The translations under genes and the position numbers were made by a program. From contig WXFD01000043.1 of NCBI GenBank assembly GCA_009877105.1, forward strand, positions 55,602-119,601: a DNA stretch of 64,000 nt. The letters run 5' to 3'. Position 1 is the first letter of the stretch. Each line of letters starts with the position of its first letter. The notes beneath the pieces were generated by a model. That model saw only the letters and a list, made by a program, of their open reading frames with translations, did no database searches and was not told the DNA's origin. Source of the stretch: Bacteroidales bacterium. GTDB taxonomy: Bacteria; Bacteroidota; Bacteroidia; Bacteroidales; VadinHA17. This document shows, piece after piece, positions 46,527 through 57,034 of this stretch.

Positions 46527-47282
46527 ATGGCTGATATACAGGATATACTTCTGAACCGCAGAACCATCAGAAAATACAGTCTGGAACCGGTTGATGACAA
46601 TCTTCTCGTAGAACTGCTGAAGGCGGGCTGCCGTTCATCAACAACGGGTAACATGCAGGTCTACAGTATAATAATCAACAGGGATGAGTCCCTGAAAAAA
46701 GCTTTGGCACCATTGCATTTCAATCAGGCAATGGTAACCGAAGCCCCCGTGTTGCTTACTTTCTGCGCAGATTTCAACAGGTTTAACAGATGGTGTCTGC
46801 TCAGAAAGGCGGTCCCGGGTTATGATAATTTCATCTCATTCATGACGGCTGCCATTGATGCATTGCTGGTTGCCCAGACGCTTTGTGTCGCGGCAGAAGC
46901 CAGGGGACTAGGCATATGCTATCTTGGCACTACAACCTATATGGCACACAAAATCATCGAAGTGCTCAGGCTGCCGAAAGGAGTTGTGCCAGTAACATGC
47001 ATATCCCTCGGTTGGCCTGCAGAAAAACCTCAACAGGTTGACAGGCTTCCCCTTGAAGCTGTTATACATAATGAAACATACAAGGATTATACTGACGAGG
47101 AAATCGAAAAATTATACTGTGAAAAGGAAAACAGATCTGATTCCATGCAATTCATAGAGGAAAATAAAAAAGAAACACTGGCACAGGTCTTCACCGATAT
47201 CCGGTATAAAAAGGAAGATAATGTGTATTTTTCAAAAGTCCTATTACAGGTTCTCCATGACCAGGGATTTATGAATCAATAA
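46527..47282 (+). CDS. Nitroreductase family NAD(P)H-flavin oxidoreductase
   Basis: 251 aa from the ATG at 46527. It has the RRTIRKY motif, the SSTTGNMQ segment and GLGICYLG. Confidence 0.8.
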   Translation: MADIQDILLNRRTIRKYSLEPVDDNLLVELLKAGCRSSTTGNMQVYSIIINRDESLKKALAPLHFNQAMVTEAPVLLTFCADFNRFNRWCLLRKAVPGYDNFISFMTAAIDALLVAQTLCVAAEARGLGICYLGTTTYMAHKIIEVLRLPKGVVPVTCISLGWPAEKPQQVDRLPLEAVIHNETYKDYTDEEIEKLYCEKENRSDSMQFIEENKKETLAQVFTDIRYKKEDNVYFSKVLLQVLHDQGFMNQ

Positions 47283-47485
47283 GAGTTTGAAAGACCCGAT
47301 TCCCCGAAACGGGAAATGAAGAAATACAAGATCAACTTATTACACTGCCGGATTCTTATTCTCCCCCGTTGCGGGGATGGATGCGCAGTATGCCTTTACC
47401 TAAGCCCCGGTTTTACCTTTAAAGACCGGCAGATCATTACACCAGTATTGGAATTGGCCGGAACGGGAGCCTTCACAGGAAGACT

Positions 47486-48556
47486 TTACTCAAATTCAAG
47501 TCCAAGCTCCGCCGCAATCGCCTTCAGATCATTTCTCACAGCCGGAACAATTGCAATGCCTTCCCTTGAGGTCCTTTCCTCAGCTTCCCTTTCCGGATCT
47601 CCCGGAATGATGACACGTTCCTCTCCTGTAGCGGTTTTGGCTGACCTGAATGTTGCTATCCATTCATCCATTTTCGCCTTGAAGGCATTTGCAGGCTGAA
47701 ATGCATCGATCCTCATTGCTCCGAAAAAATGTCCGGTTCCCTCACCTGTTTTTTTCTCGAGGATAGGAAGGTATGCCACACTGGGAGGGACGAACGGACC
47801 AAAATTGGCTCCGCTCAGAAGTGCGGAAAAAATATCGACAAGTGCCGACAGGCAGTAACCCTTATGACTGCCGTGGAGCCTGTCGCCTCCGAGAGTGAGC
47901 ATCGATCCTCCCGATTTTAGTATTGCAGGATCATCCGAGGGATTACCATCCTTATCCTGAACAAAACCAAATGCAACCTTTTCTCCTTTTTTCTCAGCTA
48001 TGGCAAGTTTTCCCCTGGCAACAGGGGTTGTGGCAAAATCGGCTATCAGGGGGGGCTGATGCAACGCGGGTACAGCCACCGCGATCGGATTGGTGCCCAG
48101 AAGCCTGCTGACCGAAAAGGTAGGCGCAACAAGAGGATTGGCATTGGTAAGACAGATGCCGATCATATCCCTGCTCAGGGCCATCATCGAATAATACCCG
48201 GCAATCCCGAAATGATTGGAATTAAATGTTGCTACCCATCCTGTACCGGCTGCCCGGGCCTTTTCGATGGCAATCTCCATCGATCTCCTGGCCGGAATCA
48301 TGCCAACTGCGTTATCACCATTGACCACCGCGGTACTGGGTGATTCATGAACGATCCTTATATCAGGGTTCATATTTATCCTTCCGGCTTTCCATAACTC
48401 AAAATAATCCCTTAGCCTAATCATTCCGTGAGACGGATGCCCCCTCGACTCGGCGGCAAGGAAAACATCGGCAATGATGCCGGCATCAGCCTCGCTGCAC
48501 CCCATCTTCATGAAAACCATCGTGGTGAAGTCATAAAGAAATGCCTTTGTATACAT
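47486..48556 (-). CDS. Ldh_2 family (malate/L-lactate/sulfolactate dehydrogenase type 2) oxidoreductase
   Basis: 356 aa. The signature GHPSHGMIRLRDY is followed by NSNHFGIAGYY and GSHKGY. Confidence 0.8.
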   Translation of the reverse strand: MYTKAFLYDFTTMVFMKMGCSEADAGIIADVFLAAESRGHPSHGMIRLRDYFELWKAGRINMNPDIRIVHESPSTAVVNGDNAVGMIPARRSMEIAIEKARAAGTGWVATFNSNHFGIAGYYSMMALSRDMIGICLTNANPLVAPTFSVSRLLGTNPIAVAVPALHQPPLIADFATTPVARGKLAIAEKKGEKVAFGFVQDKDGNPSDDPAILKSGGSMLTLGGDRLHGSHKGYCLSALVDIFSALLSGANFGPFVPPSVAYLPILEKKTGEGTGHFFGAMRIDAFQPANAFKAKMDEWIATFRSAKTATGEERVIIPGDPEREAEERTSREGIAIVPAVRNDLKAIAAELGLEFE

Positions 48557-48694
48557 GATCTGCTGCCTGTTTTTTATCCCTTAAATCCCGGGACTTGATT
48601 TCGTTTTATTTTGAACTGTATTGAATATACTCCGTACCAGGGTTTGACAGCCGGACGGCTAATCCCTGCCTGCGGCATGAACTGTCCTGTCCTG

Positions 48695-49453
48695 TCATCC
48701 CCGCCTGTATACAAATCCTGAGCCTGCCTGCTGGGTGGGAGTTACCGTAAGATCATTTATACATACATGTGCCGGCAGGGTTGCACAGAAATAAACGATA
48801 TCGGCTATATCTGCAGCTGTAAGCGGATCAACTCCTTTATAAACCGCCTTAGCTTTTTCCCGGTCGCCTTTGAAGCGGACAAGTGAGAATTCTGTTTCTG
48901 CCATCCCCGGGGCAATGTTGGTGACCTTGATGTTATGCCCGAGCAAATCAATTCTCATCGCCCTGGAGAGTGAATTGACGGCACTTTTTGTTGCACAGTA
49001 AACGTTGCCGTTCTCATAAATATCACTTCCGGCTATTGAGGAAATATTTATAATATGCCCGCCGCCCCTGGCAATCATCACAGGTACTATCGTGCGGGTG
49101 ACGTACAATAATCCCTTGACGTTTGTATCTATCATCCTTTCCCAGTCATCCGTATCTCCCTGGTCAATGTGAGATAATCCTGCGGCAAGACCGGCATTGT
49201 TGACCAGGATGCCGACCTCCTTCCAGGCGTCCGGAATACGGTTCAGAACATGTTCGACCTCGGTTTTACTCCTTACATCAAAATTGAGCGGCAGCACTTT
49301 TGCTCCTGAACGGGTGAGTTCCCTTTCAAGTTCGTCAAGCCGGTCTTTCCGGCGTCCGGTAATGATCACACCGTAACCCTCCGATGCAAATCTGACAGCA
49401 ATTGCTCTCCCAAAACCGGCAGTGGCACCGGTTACCATAACAATTCCATTCAT
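48695..49453 (-). CDS. Short-chain dehydrogenase/reductase (YdfG-like NADP-dependent)
   Basis: The ATG at 49453 gives MNGIVMVTGATAGFGRAIA (TGxxxGxG). NNAG and the catalytic YCATK are present. 252 aa. Confidence 0.88.
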   Translation of the reverse strand: MNGIVMVTGATAGFGRAIAVRFASEGYGVIITGRRKDRLDELERELTRSGAKVLPLNFDVRSKTEVEHVLNRIPDAWKEVGILVNNAGLAAGLSHIDQGDTDDWERMIDTNVKGLLYVTRTIVPVMIARGGGHIINISSIAGSDIYENGNVYCATKSAVNSLSRAMRIDLLGHNIKVTNIAPGMAETEFSLVRFKGDREKAKAVYKGVDPLTAADIADIVYFCATLPAHVCINDLTVTPTQQAGSGFVYRRG

Positions 49454-49555
49454 CCTGCGTGATTTGATTTCCGATGTAAAAATAACATAAAAAAACACAA
49501 ATATGCGGACTGTTGCAGTCTGAACAATATGAACTGACCTGATTCAAATTGTGCA

Positions 49556-49563
49556 TATATTTG
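49556..49563 (+). promoter_or_regulatory. Candidate -7 promoter element (TATATTTG) for ubiE
   Basis: TAnnTTTG lies 15 nt upstream of the ATG at 49578. It sits inside the GTG-extended ORF, which favours the ATG start. Confidence 0.4.
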
Positions 49564-49577
49564 CATCCGGATGTAAA

Positions 49578-50324
49578 ATGAAAGATCACTTGCATAGAAA
49601 GGACGAATCCGTGTCCGGGGATAAAACTGCTGCCATCCGGAAGATGTTCGATTCAATTGCGTGGAGATATGATTTTCTGAATCATTTCCTGTCCTTTAAT
49701 ATCGATCGCTACTGGAGAAGACGGGTATCCGTGATCATCAGGGAACATGGCTCATTTTCCCGGATCCTTGATGTCGCCACCGGTACCTGCGACCTTGCCA
49801 TTGCCGTGGCGAGGCTTAATCCGGAAAAAATAACCGGAATTGATATTTCAGAACGGATGCTGGAAATCGGGCAGGCAAAAATTGACAGGCGGGGTTTGTC
49901 GGGCCTGATCGAACTAATGAAGTGTGATTCGGAAAACATCTGTTTCAGCGATAACAGCTTTGATGTTGCAATGGTGGCTTTCGGGGTCAGGAACTTCACT
50001 GATCCTCTCGAAGGGCTGAAGGAAATGCACCGTGTCCTTCGCAGGGGAGGATTGCTCATTGTGCTTGAATTCTCAAAACCCGGCGGATTCCTGTTTAAAA
50101 GGATTTATAATTTGTATTTCAGATACCTGCTTCCATTCCTCGGGCAATTATTCTCAAAGGATAAAGGGGCTTACAGGTATCTGAACGAATCAGTAATGAA
50201 ATTCCCTGACAACGAGCAATTCCTTGCAATAATGAAAAGTGCCGGACTGTCAGATCTGAAGCAGCTGAAACTGACATTCGGCATTGTAAGTATTTATACC
50301 GGACTTAAGGTTCAGAAACAATAA
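49578..50324 (+). CDS. ubiE: Demethylmenaquinone/ubiquinone C-methyltransferase
   Basis: FDSIAWRYDFLNHFLSFNIDRYWRR and the SAM motif ILDVATGTCDLA are present. 248 aa. Confidence 0.88.
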   Translation: MKDHLHRKDESVSGDKTAAIRKMFDSIAWRYDFLNHFLSFNIDRYWRRRVSVIIREHGSFSRILDVATGTCDLAIAVARLNPEKITGIDISERMLEIGQAKIDRRGLSGLIELMKCDSENICFSDNSFDVAMVAFGVRNFTDPLEGLKEMHRVLRRGGLLIVLEFSKPGGFLFKRIYNLYFRYLLPFLGQLFSKDKGAYRYLNESVMKFPDNEQFLAIMKSAGLSDLKQLKLTFGIVSIYTGLKVQKQ

Positions 50325-50381
50325 TTGAAAAGTAATCGAGTTTAATAAATTGGCGCCAATATAAAACCAGGATCAGCAATT

Positions 50382-51134
50382 TTGAACAGAAGAAATTTTT
50401 ATTTCCTGCTTGCCGGATTATTGCTAATATTTCAGGTTGATGCATTTCCCCAGAAGCAGAAACCTAAAAATGAATCGTGGTACGATGAAAAGCCGCTTCA
50501 TTTTGGTTTTACTCTGGGTATGAACCTGATGGATTTTAATATTACACCTGCTGACAGTCTGAAAGCACCAGATTTTCTGAATCCTGAGGTCAGCAAACTG
50601 AATCCCGGGATCAATATTCAGATTGTGACAAACCTGCGCATAAACAGTCATGCTGACCTGAGATTCCTGCCAGGAGTATCATTCGGGCAACGGAACATCA
50701 GGTATTATAAAAATAAATCAGGTACTGGAACGAATAACGGGAATCCTGAAATGGAGATCTACAATGAGCGTCAGCGTCTTGAATCTTCATTCCTGGAATT
50801 TCCCCTGATATTCAAGTACAAGGGTGAACGTCTTAACAATGTGAGACCTTATGTTATAGGAGGTTTGAATTATCGTTACGATCTTGCCGGTAAAAAAGAA
50901 TATGACGATGAAAAGGCGGTTTATCTCAGGCTCAAGCGTTCGGATCTTTATTATGAAGCTGGCGCAGGGCTTGATTTCTACCTGCCCTATTTCAAGCTTT
51001 CAGTTGAAATTAAAATGTCCAACGGATTGAGGGATGTCATTGTTCACGATCCTGCGCCGGGCTATCCCCAGTTTGTAAATGCAATTGAGAAGGTTAAGTC
51101 ACAGATATGGATCCTGTCGTTCCATTTTGAATAG
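50382..51134 (+). CDS. porT: PorT-family-like outer membrane beta-barrel protein
   Basis: 250 aa with a TTG start, a signal peptide, beta-barrel periodicity and a terminal aromatic (SFHFE). A position immediately after ubiE is, as I recall, conserved for PorT/SprT-like genes in Bacteroidota. No diagnostic motif verified. Confidence 0.5.
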   Translation: MNRRNFYFLLAGLLLIFQVDAFPQKQKPKNESWYDEKPLHFGFTLGMNLMDFNITPADSLKAPDFLNPEVSKLNPGINIQIVTNLRINSHADLRFLPGVSFGQRNIRYYKNKSGTGTNNGNPEMEIYNERQRLESSFLEFPLIFKYKGERLNNVRPYVIGGLNYRYDLAGKKEYDDEKAVYLRLKRSDLYYEAGAGLDFYLPYFKLSVEIKMSNGLRDVIVHDPAPGYPQFVNAIEKVKSQIWILSFHFE

Positions 51135-51176
51135 CGATACTGAAACTTGTCTGGCCCTGCAGTTTGTTTTATAAAT

Positions 51177-51956
51177 TCATTGCCTGCTGCCTCTCCTTCT
51201 GGCAAATTCCGAAAAAATCACTGTGGCGGCCATGCTGACATTCAATGAATTGATCCCATAACGGAAACTCACGAATCTCGGGATTGCCATTTTTTCTGTA
51301 ACAAATTCCAGCAGTTCGTTTGAAATCCCCCTGGATTCATTGCCGAGAAGAATCACTCCGGTGTTCCGGAGTTTCATCGAGTAAACAGGCTTGCCCTCAA
51401 GCAGTGCTCCATATACGGGGACATTTTTTCTGACGGCTTCCCCGAGAAAGGTTTCCAGCCTGCAGTAGTGCACGTTTACATGCATGAGTGCACCCATGGC
51501 CGACTGAATAACCTTGGGATTGTAACTGTCAACGGAATCCGGGGAGCAGATAATGTCCGTAATGCCGAACCAGGCGGCGGAACGTATTATTGTTCCCAGG
51601 TTACCCGGATCCTGAATGCAATCAATGGCAGCACATAGCTTTTCAAGGATCGTGCCTGGATCAGTTTTGACGGTTGTGATGGGTACTACCGCAAGGGCAT
51701 TATGCGGGGTAGAAAGGGAGCTTATTCTCTCCAGGCCCCGTTCATTCACCGTTTCAATATCATCTATGAGTGCCCTTTGCTCATCCGTCAGCGATTCAAT
51801 GAACCCGGATTTTGCAACAAGCAGCCTGATTACTTTGCCCGACATGATGTATTCCTTAATAAGCTTGTCCCCTTCAATGATATATGATGATTCCTCAATC
51901 CTGGCCTTTTTAGTCCGCAATGATTTTATGTAATTTATTTTGCTTTTGCTGATCAT
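51177..51956 (-). CDS. TrmH/SpoU family RNA 2'-O-methyltransferase
   Basis: 259 aa with SpoU motifs DPGNLGTIIRSAAWFG, LLGNESRGIS and SLNVSMAATV. Confidence 0.82.
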   Translation of the reverse strand: MISKSKINYIKSLRTKKARIEESSYIIEGDKLIKEYIMSGKVIRLLVAKSGFIESLTDEQRALIDDIETVNERGLERISSLSTPHNALAVVPITTVKTDPGTILEKLCAAIDCIQDPGNLGTIIRSAAWFGITDIICSPDSVDSYNPKVIQSAMGALMHVNVHYCRLETFLGEAVRKNVPVYGALLEGKPVYSMKLRNTGVILLGNESRGISNELLEFVTEKMAIPRFVSFRYGINSLNVSMAATVIFSEFARRRGSRQ

Positions 51957-52049
51957 TCCAGATGATTTTAGATTTTATACATCATAAAAATAGCGAGTTA
52001 TTTCATTATGAAGGGATCGTGCCCGTCTTATTTGTTATAATAAGTATAT

Positions 52050-54422
52050 TTGCCTGATGCTTTGGATAAGACTTTGAAAGAAAGGACTTCAAATAATAAT
52101 GCTAAATTCCCGGGAAGATCGCTTCTTCCATTATTCCTGACCTTATTATCGATATATTCCTGCAATCCTACAAAATATATTCCTGAAGGACAGACCCTTC
52201 TTGACAAGAACCATATTTCCCTTACCAGGGATGGTTTGAAAAAGAGTGAGCTTCAACCTTATATCAGGCAGAAGCCGAACAAGAAGATATTCGGAGCCAG
52301 GTTTCACCTGGGTTTATATAATCTGTCCAATATCAAAAAGGAAAAGTGGCCTCATGCCTGGCTGAGGAACATCGGAGAAGAACCGGTTATCTATGATCCC
52401 GACGCAACAGAGAGAAGCCGGGAGCAGATCCGGTCATATATTGCCTCCAAAGGATATTTCGACAGCAGTGTTGAAGACAGTGTCAGGGTTGTGAAAAGAA
52501 AATCGGAGGTTTACTATAATGTGGATCTTAAAACTCCATATACCATCCGGAACCTGTATTATGAATTTTCCGATACAACTATCAGGAAACTATTTAATTT
52601 TGATTCGGTTAACTGTATTATAGAGCGGGGAAAACCCTATGATGTTGACGTTTTGCAGGCTGAGCGCACAAGGTTTGAACGATTCATAAAAGATCGGGGT
52701 TATTATGGGTTTTCAAGCGAAAATATCTATTTCAGGGTCGACAGTACGATTGGCAACAGGCAGGTAAACATCTATTACGGTATCAGGAATTACCTCCGTC
52801 TTGATGACTCCGGGAAACCGGTTTATGTTCCGCACTCTGTTTACCGGATAAAAAACATCTATATTTTCCCTGATTTTGTACCGAAGGAAGTTCTCGAAGG
52901 AGGTGAGTCGTATCAGCAGAGCCTGGATACAATGCTTTACAAAAATTACTACTTTGTTACACCCCGGAAAAAATCCGATCTTAAATATGACCTGATTCTC
53001 CAGGCAATATACCTGAAACCCGGATTTGTCTATAACGTCACCAATACGGAACAGACGCAGAACCATCTGATGGCTTTGAGAACTTTCAGGCATGTAAATA
53101 TTTTTTTCAGGGAGGAAGGAACGGTTAAAGATGGGAGGGATGAACTGGCCCTGAACTGTTTTATTCAGCTGACGCTTCTCGACCAGCAGTCATACAAGAT
53201 CGAGCTTGAAGGAACCAATACTACCGGTGATCTTGGCGGAGCACTTAACCTGGTCTATCAGCATAAGAACCTATTTCACGGCGCTGAACTGTTCAATCTT
53301 AAACTGAAGGGGGCATATGAAGCCATTTCCCAGAGCGACACGGTCAGAAAACTAAAAAGCACACAGGAGTATGGCGTTGAAACGAGTCTGAGGTTTCCCA
53401 AATTCCTCCTTCCGGTGCTTAAAGCCGAACGCTTTGTTAAGAAATACAGTCCATCAACAACGGTTGTTGCTGCTTACAATTATCAGAAGATGCCTTCCTA
53501 TACCCGTACCATGGCAAATGCATCTTTTGGTTATAACTGGAATGCAGGGCCCTACAAGACGCATATAGTCAATCCGCTTCAGATGAACCTCATCAACCTG
53601 CTGTGGATAGATGAAAAGTTCAAGGCAAAGATTGACACTACATCCTATCTTTCCTATAGTTATAAGGATGTGATGATACTCGGATCCAACTACTCTTTTA
53701 TTTTCAATAATCAGAAAATACAGAAATCAAGGGATTACTGGTTCCTCAGGGTGAACGCCGAAACATCGGGAAATCTGCTGGCGTTGATAAGCAGTATGAG
53801 CGGACTGCAGAAAAAGGATGGGAGCTACAACATTTTCGGACAGCCTTTTGCCCAATATGTTAAAGCCGATATGGACCTGAGGTATAATGTGATCCTGAAC
53901 GAGGCGAGCTCAATTGTTTACAGGGGATTTCTCGGGGTAGGCATACCATACGGAAATTCAAAGGCGCTTCCTTTTGAGAGGCAATATTTCGGCGGCGGGG
54001 CGAACGGTATAAGAGCATGGCCGGCAAGATCACTCGGGCCGGGTTCATATCTCCACCAGGAAAAGGGCTTCGTGAACCAGACCGCCGATATTAAACTTGA
54101 AGCGAACGCGGAATACAGGTTTAAACTGTTTTGGATCCTGGAAGGAGCACTTTTCCTTGATGCGGGAAATATCTGGACCTATAATGAAGATGAATCCCGA
54201 CCAGGTTCAAAGTTTGTGTTCAAATATCTTCTCGATGATATTGCCCTGGGTACCGGTACGGGGCTGAGGTTCGACTTCAAATTCGTTATTGGGAGGCTTG
54301 ACATGGGAATGAAACTTCGCGATCCATCCATACGCGGTGGACCAAACTGGATCATGGCTAACCGGAAATACAATTTCAGGAACGACTTTACCTTTGTCCT
54401 TGGCATAGGATACCCATTCTGA
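52050..54422 (+). CDS. Omp85 (BamA/TamA) family outer membrane protein
   Basis: 790 aa. The TTG start is uncertain. It has a lipobox-like LLSIYSC, POTRA-like repeats, and a C-terminal surface-antigen barrel (QYFGGGANGIRAW...) ending GIGYPF. Confidence 0.75.
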   Translation: MPDALDKTLKERTSNNNAKFPGRSLLPLFLTLLSIYSCNPTKYIPEGQTLLDKNHISLTRDGLKKSELQPYIRQKPNKKIFGARFHLGLYNLSNIKKEKWPHAWLRNIGEEPVIYDPDATERSREQIRSYIASKGYFDSSVEDSVRVVKRKSEVYYNVDLKTPYTIRNLYYEFSDTTIRKLFNFDSVNCIIERGKPYDVDVLQAERTRFERFIKDRGYYGFSSENIYFRVDSTIGNRQVNIYYGIRNYLRLDDSGKPVYVPHSVYRIKNIYIFPDFVPKEVLEGGESYQQSLDTMLYKNYYFVTPRKKSDLKYDLILQAIYLKPGFVYNVTNTEQTQNHLMALRTFRHVNIFFREEGTVKDGRDELALNCFIQLTLLDQQSYKIELEGTNTTGDLGGALNLVYQHKNLFHGAELFNLKLKGAYEAISQSDTVRKLKSTQEYGVETSLRFPKFLLPVLKAERFVKKYSPSTTVVAAYNYQKMPSYTRTMANASFGYNWNAGPYKTHIVNPLQMNLINLLWIDEKFKAKIDTTSYLSYSYKDVMILGSNYSFIFNNQKIQKSRDYWFLRVNAETSGNLLALISSMSGLQKKDGSYNIFGQPFAQYVKADMDLRYNVILNEASSIVYRGFLGVGIPYGNSKALPFERQYFGGGANGIRAWPARSLGPGSYLHQEKGFVNQTADIKLEANAEYRFKLFWILEGALFLDAGNIWTYNEDESRPGSKFVFKYLLDDIALGTGTGLRFDFKFVIGRLDMGMKLRDPSIRGGPNWIMANRKYNFRNDFTFVLGIGYPF

Positions 54423-54520
54423 TGCATTTTAATGGATTATTGAAATAAAGTAAGCAGAAGACGCTTAATATTCCGCGAAGTTTTCTAAATTGCAATTGTC
54501 GAGCTGCTTTAACTGCAATC

Positions 54521-55177
54521 ATGAATTCATTCAGGGAATTTGTCCGGAGCTGGTTCGGTTATACCCGGCGGGAACGAAGGGCTAGTTTTATTTTATTGAT
54601 TATTGTAATACTGATCTCACTTTTCAGACTGGCCATACCCAAACATACTGTTTCAATTGAAATGATGGCCCTTGATATAAAAAATCCTGCTGCTGACCCG
54701 GTCCTAATGGCTGAACAGCAAAGCCCTGTGAAAAAAACCGGTGATGAACGAAAGTTCAACAGGAAAATCCCCCTGCTTGATATCAACACAAGCGACTCAT
54801 CAGCCCTGGTCACGTTACCCGGGATCGGGCCGGTGCTTTCGATGCGGATTATCAGGTACAGAAACTTGCTCGGGGGCTTCTGGTCGGTAAATCAGCTGAA
54901 AGAGATATATGGGCTACCGGAGGAGACTTTCGTGAAAATATCTTCAAGATTATATGCCGACACGTTAAAAATAAGAAAGATAAAAATAAATGCCGCTGAT
55001 TACCGGGAAATGATCAGACACCCGTATTTCAGGAAGGAAGAAGTGCAGGCCATAATCAAATACAGGAAACTGGAAGGGTTCATAAAAGACATTGAGGACC
55101 TGTATCACAATAATATACTCACCAGGGAAACACTGCAGAAGATTAAACCCTACATAGATTATTCGGGACAGCCATGA
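54521..55177 (+). CDS. comEA: ComEA-like helix-hairpin-helix DNA-binding protein
   Basis: 218 aa with an N-terminal TM anchor, an HhH motif LVTLPGIGPVLSMRIIRYR and a second degenerate repeat. Confidence 0.72.
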   Translation: MNSFREFVRSWFGYTRRERRASFILLIIVILISLFRLAIPKHTVSIEMMALDIKNPAADPVLMAEQQSPVKKTGDERKFNRKIPLLDINTSDSSALVTLPGIGPVLSMRIIRYRNLLGGFWSVNQLKEIYGLPEETFVKISSRLYADTLKIRKIKINAADYREMIRHPYFRKEEVQAIIKYRKLEGFIKDIEDLYHNNILTRETLQKIKPYIDYSGQP

Positions 55178-55413
55178 AGTGACCAGGAGATTCGCCTGGA
55201 CTGCTTTCCGCCCTCGTTTTGGCAGATTGGTTTAAAAAAGCCCGGTTTTATCAATAATTAGCCTCATATTTTTTGGAAGAGACCGGGGTTTTGCCTATCT
55301 TTATTACATCCGTAGATAACATTGTTTATGTTCATCCGATGTAATATTCAATAATACAGTTAAGAATGAGAAAATAATTAAAGGAAATATTTTGAAAAAA
55401 CTTTTTCAGTATC

Positions 55414-55421
55414 TACCTTTG
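55414..55421 (+). promoter_or_regulatory. rpsU promoter (-7 TACCTTTG; TTTG at 55391-55394)
   Basis: TAnnTTTG lies 30 nt upstream of the ATG, with a TTTG 20 nt further upstream. Confidence 0.45.
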
Positions 55422-55450
55422 CGCCTCATTTGAAACCAGAAAATTAAACT

Positions 55451-55642
55451 ATGATTATTGTACCATTAAAAGAAGGCGAAAATATTGAAAGAGCTTTAAA
55501 GAAGTTCAAGAGGAAATTCGAAAAGACAGGCGTTATCCGTGAATTACGTGCACGCCAGGCGTTTATTAAGCCTTCAGTTCGCCGGAGGGAAGAAATCAAG
55601 AAGGCAAGATATGTTCAGAAAATGCAGGAAAGGGAAGATTAG
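55451..55642 (+). CDS. rpsU: 30S ribosomal protein S21
   Basis: MIIVPLKEGENIERALKKFKRKFEKTGVIRELRARQAFIKPSVRRR. 63 aa. Confidence 0.93.
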   Translation: MIIVPLKEGENIERALKKFKRKFEKTGVIRELRARQAFIKPSVRRREEIKKARYVQKMQERED

Positions 55643-55693
55643 TTTCCGTTCCATCTTTACGTAATATATCCAAACCGATAAGGCGGTTCCTTT

Positions 55694-56581
55694 ATGGATC
55701 ATAAGGAATCATTCTTGCAGTATCTTCAGATTGAAAAGCGTTATTCTCCGCTTACCGTAACATCATATCTGAATGATTTAAATCAGTTTCACAGGTTTCT
55801 GTCAGAACAGGCCATCCATTCGGATCCTGCCGGGACAACATCCCATGATATCAGATCCTGGATAGTGAGCCTGGCAGAGTCAGAATATTCATCGCGGAGC
55901 ATCCATAGGAAAATTTCTTCACTCCGCGCATTTTTCAGGTATCTCAGGAGAAACGGCATCGTTAGTCATGACCCATTTGAAAAAGTTGTTCTGCCAAAAG
56001 CAGAAAAGAGCCTTCCGGTTTTTGTTGAAGAAGAGGCCCTGGACCTGCTGCTTGACGGCATTGATTTTAAAAACGATTTCATTGGAATCAGGAACAGGAC
56101 CATTATTGAGATGCTTTACCTGACAGGGATGCGGAGGGCGGAACTGACCGGATTAAGGAATAATGACATTGACCTGGATGAAGGCACCGTAAGGGTTACG
56201 GGCAAAAGGAACAAGCAGCGTATTATACCTCTCCTGGGTCAGTTTAAGGGCAGGCTTAAGGATTATATAAGAGCAAGGGATGAAAGCTTTCCCGGGACTG
56301 AATCCGGCTGGTTTTTTTTAAGCAACAAGGGCAACAAAATGTATGAAAAGTATGTTTACAATATTGTAAGGAGGTATTTATCATTGGTTACGACCGTTGA
56401 CAGAAAAAGTCCTCATGTCTTGAGGCATACGTTTGCGACTCACATGCTTAACAAGGGTGCTGACCTTAATTCCATCAAGGAATTCCTGGGCCATGCAAAT
56501 CTTTCAGCAACCCAGGTTTACACACACAATTCATTTGAACAGCTAAAAAAAATATACAAGCAGGCTCATCCCAGAGCTTAG
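55694..56581 (+). CDS. xerC: Tyrosine site-specific recombinase, XerC/XerD type
   Basis: 295 aa. It has an N-terminal SAM-like domain (YLQIEKRYSPLTVTSY) and the catalytic residues R (GMRRAEL), HVLRHTFATH and the Tyr in ATQVYTH. Confidence 0.85.
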   Translation: MDHKESFLQYLQIEKRYSPLTVTSYLNDLNQFHRFLSEQAIHSDPAGTTSHDIRSWIVSLAESEYSSRSIHRKISSLRAFFRYLRRNGIVSHDPFEKVVLPKAEKSLPVFVEEEALDLLLDGIDFKNDFIGIRNRTIIEMLYLTGMRRAELTGLRNNDIDLDEGTVRVTGKRNKQRIIPLLGQFKGRLKDYIRARDESFPGTESGWFFLSNKGNKMYEKYVYNIVRRYLSLVTTVDRKSPHVLRHTFATHMLNKGADLNSIKEFLGHANLSATQVYTHNSFEQLKKIYKQAHPRA

Positions 56582-56610
56582 TATTAATCAACAAAACAGG
56601 AGGTACCACT

Positions 56611-56910
56611 ATGAACGTTCAGATTCACTCAGTGAGGTTTGATGCCGACAAAAGGCTAATTGATTTTGTGAACCAGAAGCTTGAAAAGCTGACTCTTATA
56701 GGAGACAGTATCGTAAATGCCGAAGTATTTCTGAGGCTTGATAAGGATCAGGAACGCGAAAACAAGATCAGCGAAATAAGGCTGGAATTGAAAGGAGGAC
56801 CTTTGTTTGCTAAAAAGCAGAGCAGAACATTCGAAGAGGCGACCGACCAGGCCATTGATGCTCTCAAACGCCAGATTACCAAATATAAACAGAAGAAGAG
56901 AGGAGAGTAG
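56611..56910 (+). CDS. hpf: Ribosome hibernation promoting factor (HPF/RaiA, short form)
   Basis: 99 aa. The sequence MNVQIHSVRFDADKRLIDFVNQKLEKL...AIDALKRQITKYKQK is typical of the sigma-54 modulation/S30EA family. Confidence 0.88.
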   Translation: MNVQIHSVRFDADKRLIDFVNQKLEKLTLIGDSIVNAEVFLRLDKDQERENKISEIRLELKGGPLFAKKQSRTFEEATDQAIDALKRQITKYKQKKRGE

Positions 56911-56965
56911 GGTGGTATCTGACAAAAATAATCCGTATTATTTTGTTAAATGAATTTTTAATTCA

Positions 56966-56973
56966 TACATTTG
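56966..56973 (+). promoter_or_regulatory. Promoter of the tRNA-tuf operon (-7 TACATTTG; TTTG at 56942-56945)
   Basis: TAnnTTTG with an upstream TTTG at 20-nt spacing, ~60 nt before the first tRNA. Confidence 0.45.
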
Positions 56974-57034
56974 CAGACCGATTTTTCAGGGGTATTTTGT
57001 GCCCATTTGACAGAGTCGGGACGTTCTTTAAATT

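Noticed and set aside
47316-47699. 127-aa plus-strand ORF spanning the nitroreductase/Ldh_2 convergent spacer
   Set aside because: Its 3' two-thirds is antisense to the Ldh_2 gene, and it has no motifs or promoter element. The small GC hairpins nearby (CCCCGTTGCGGGG, TTCCC-N6-GGGAA) lack U-tracts, so they were not called as terminators.
55694-56581. Tyrosine recombinase as the integrase of a mobile element
   Set aside because: It sits in the conserved rpsU-xerC-hpf arrangement with no flanking repeats, excisionase or cargo genes, which is consistent with a chromosomal Xer-type recombinase.
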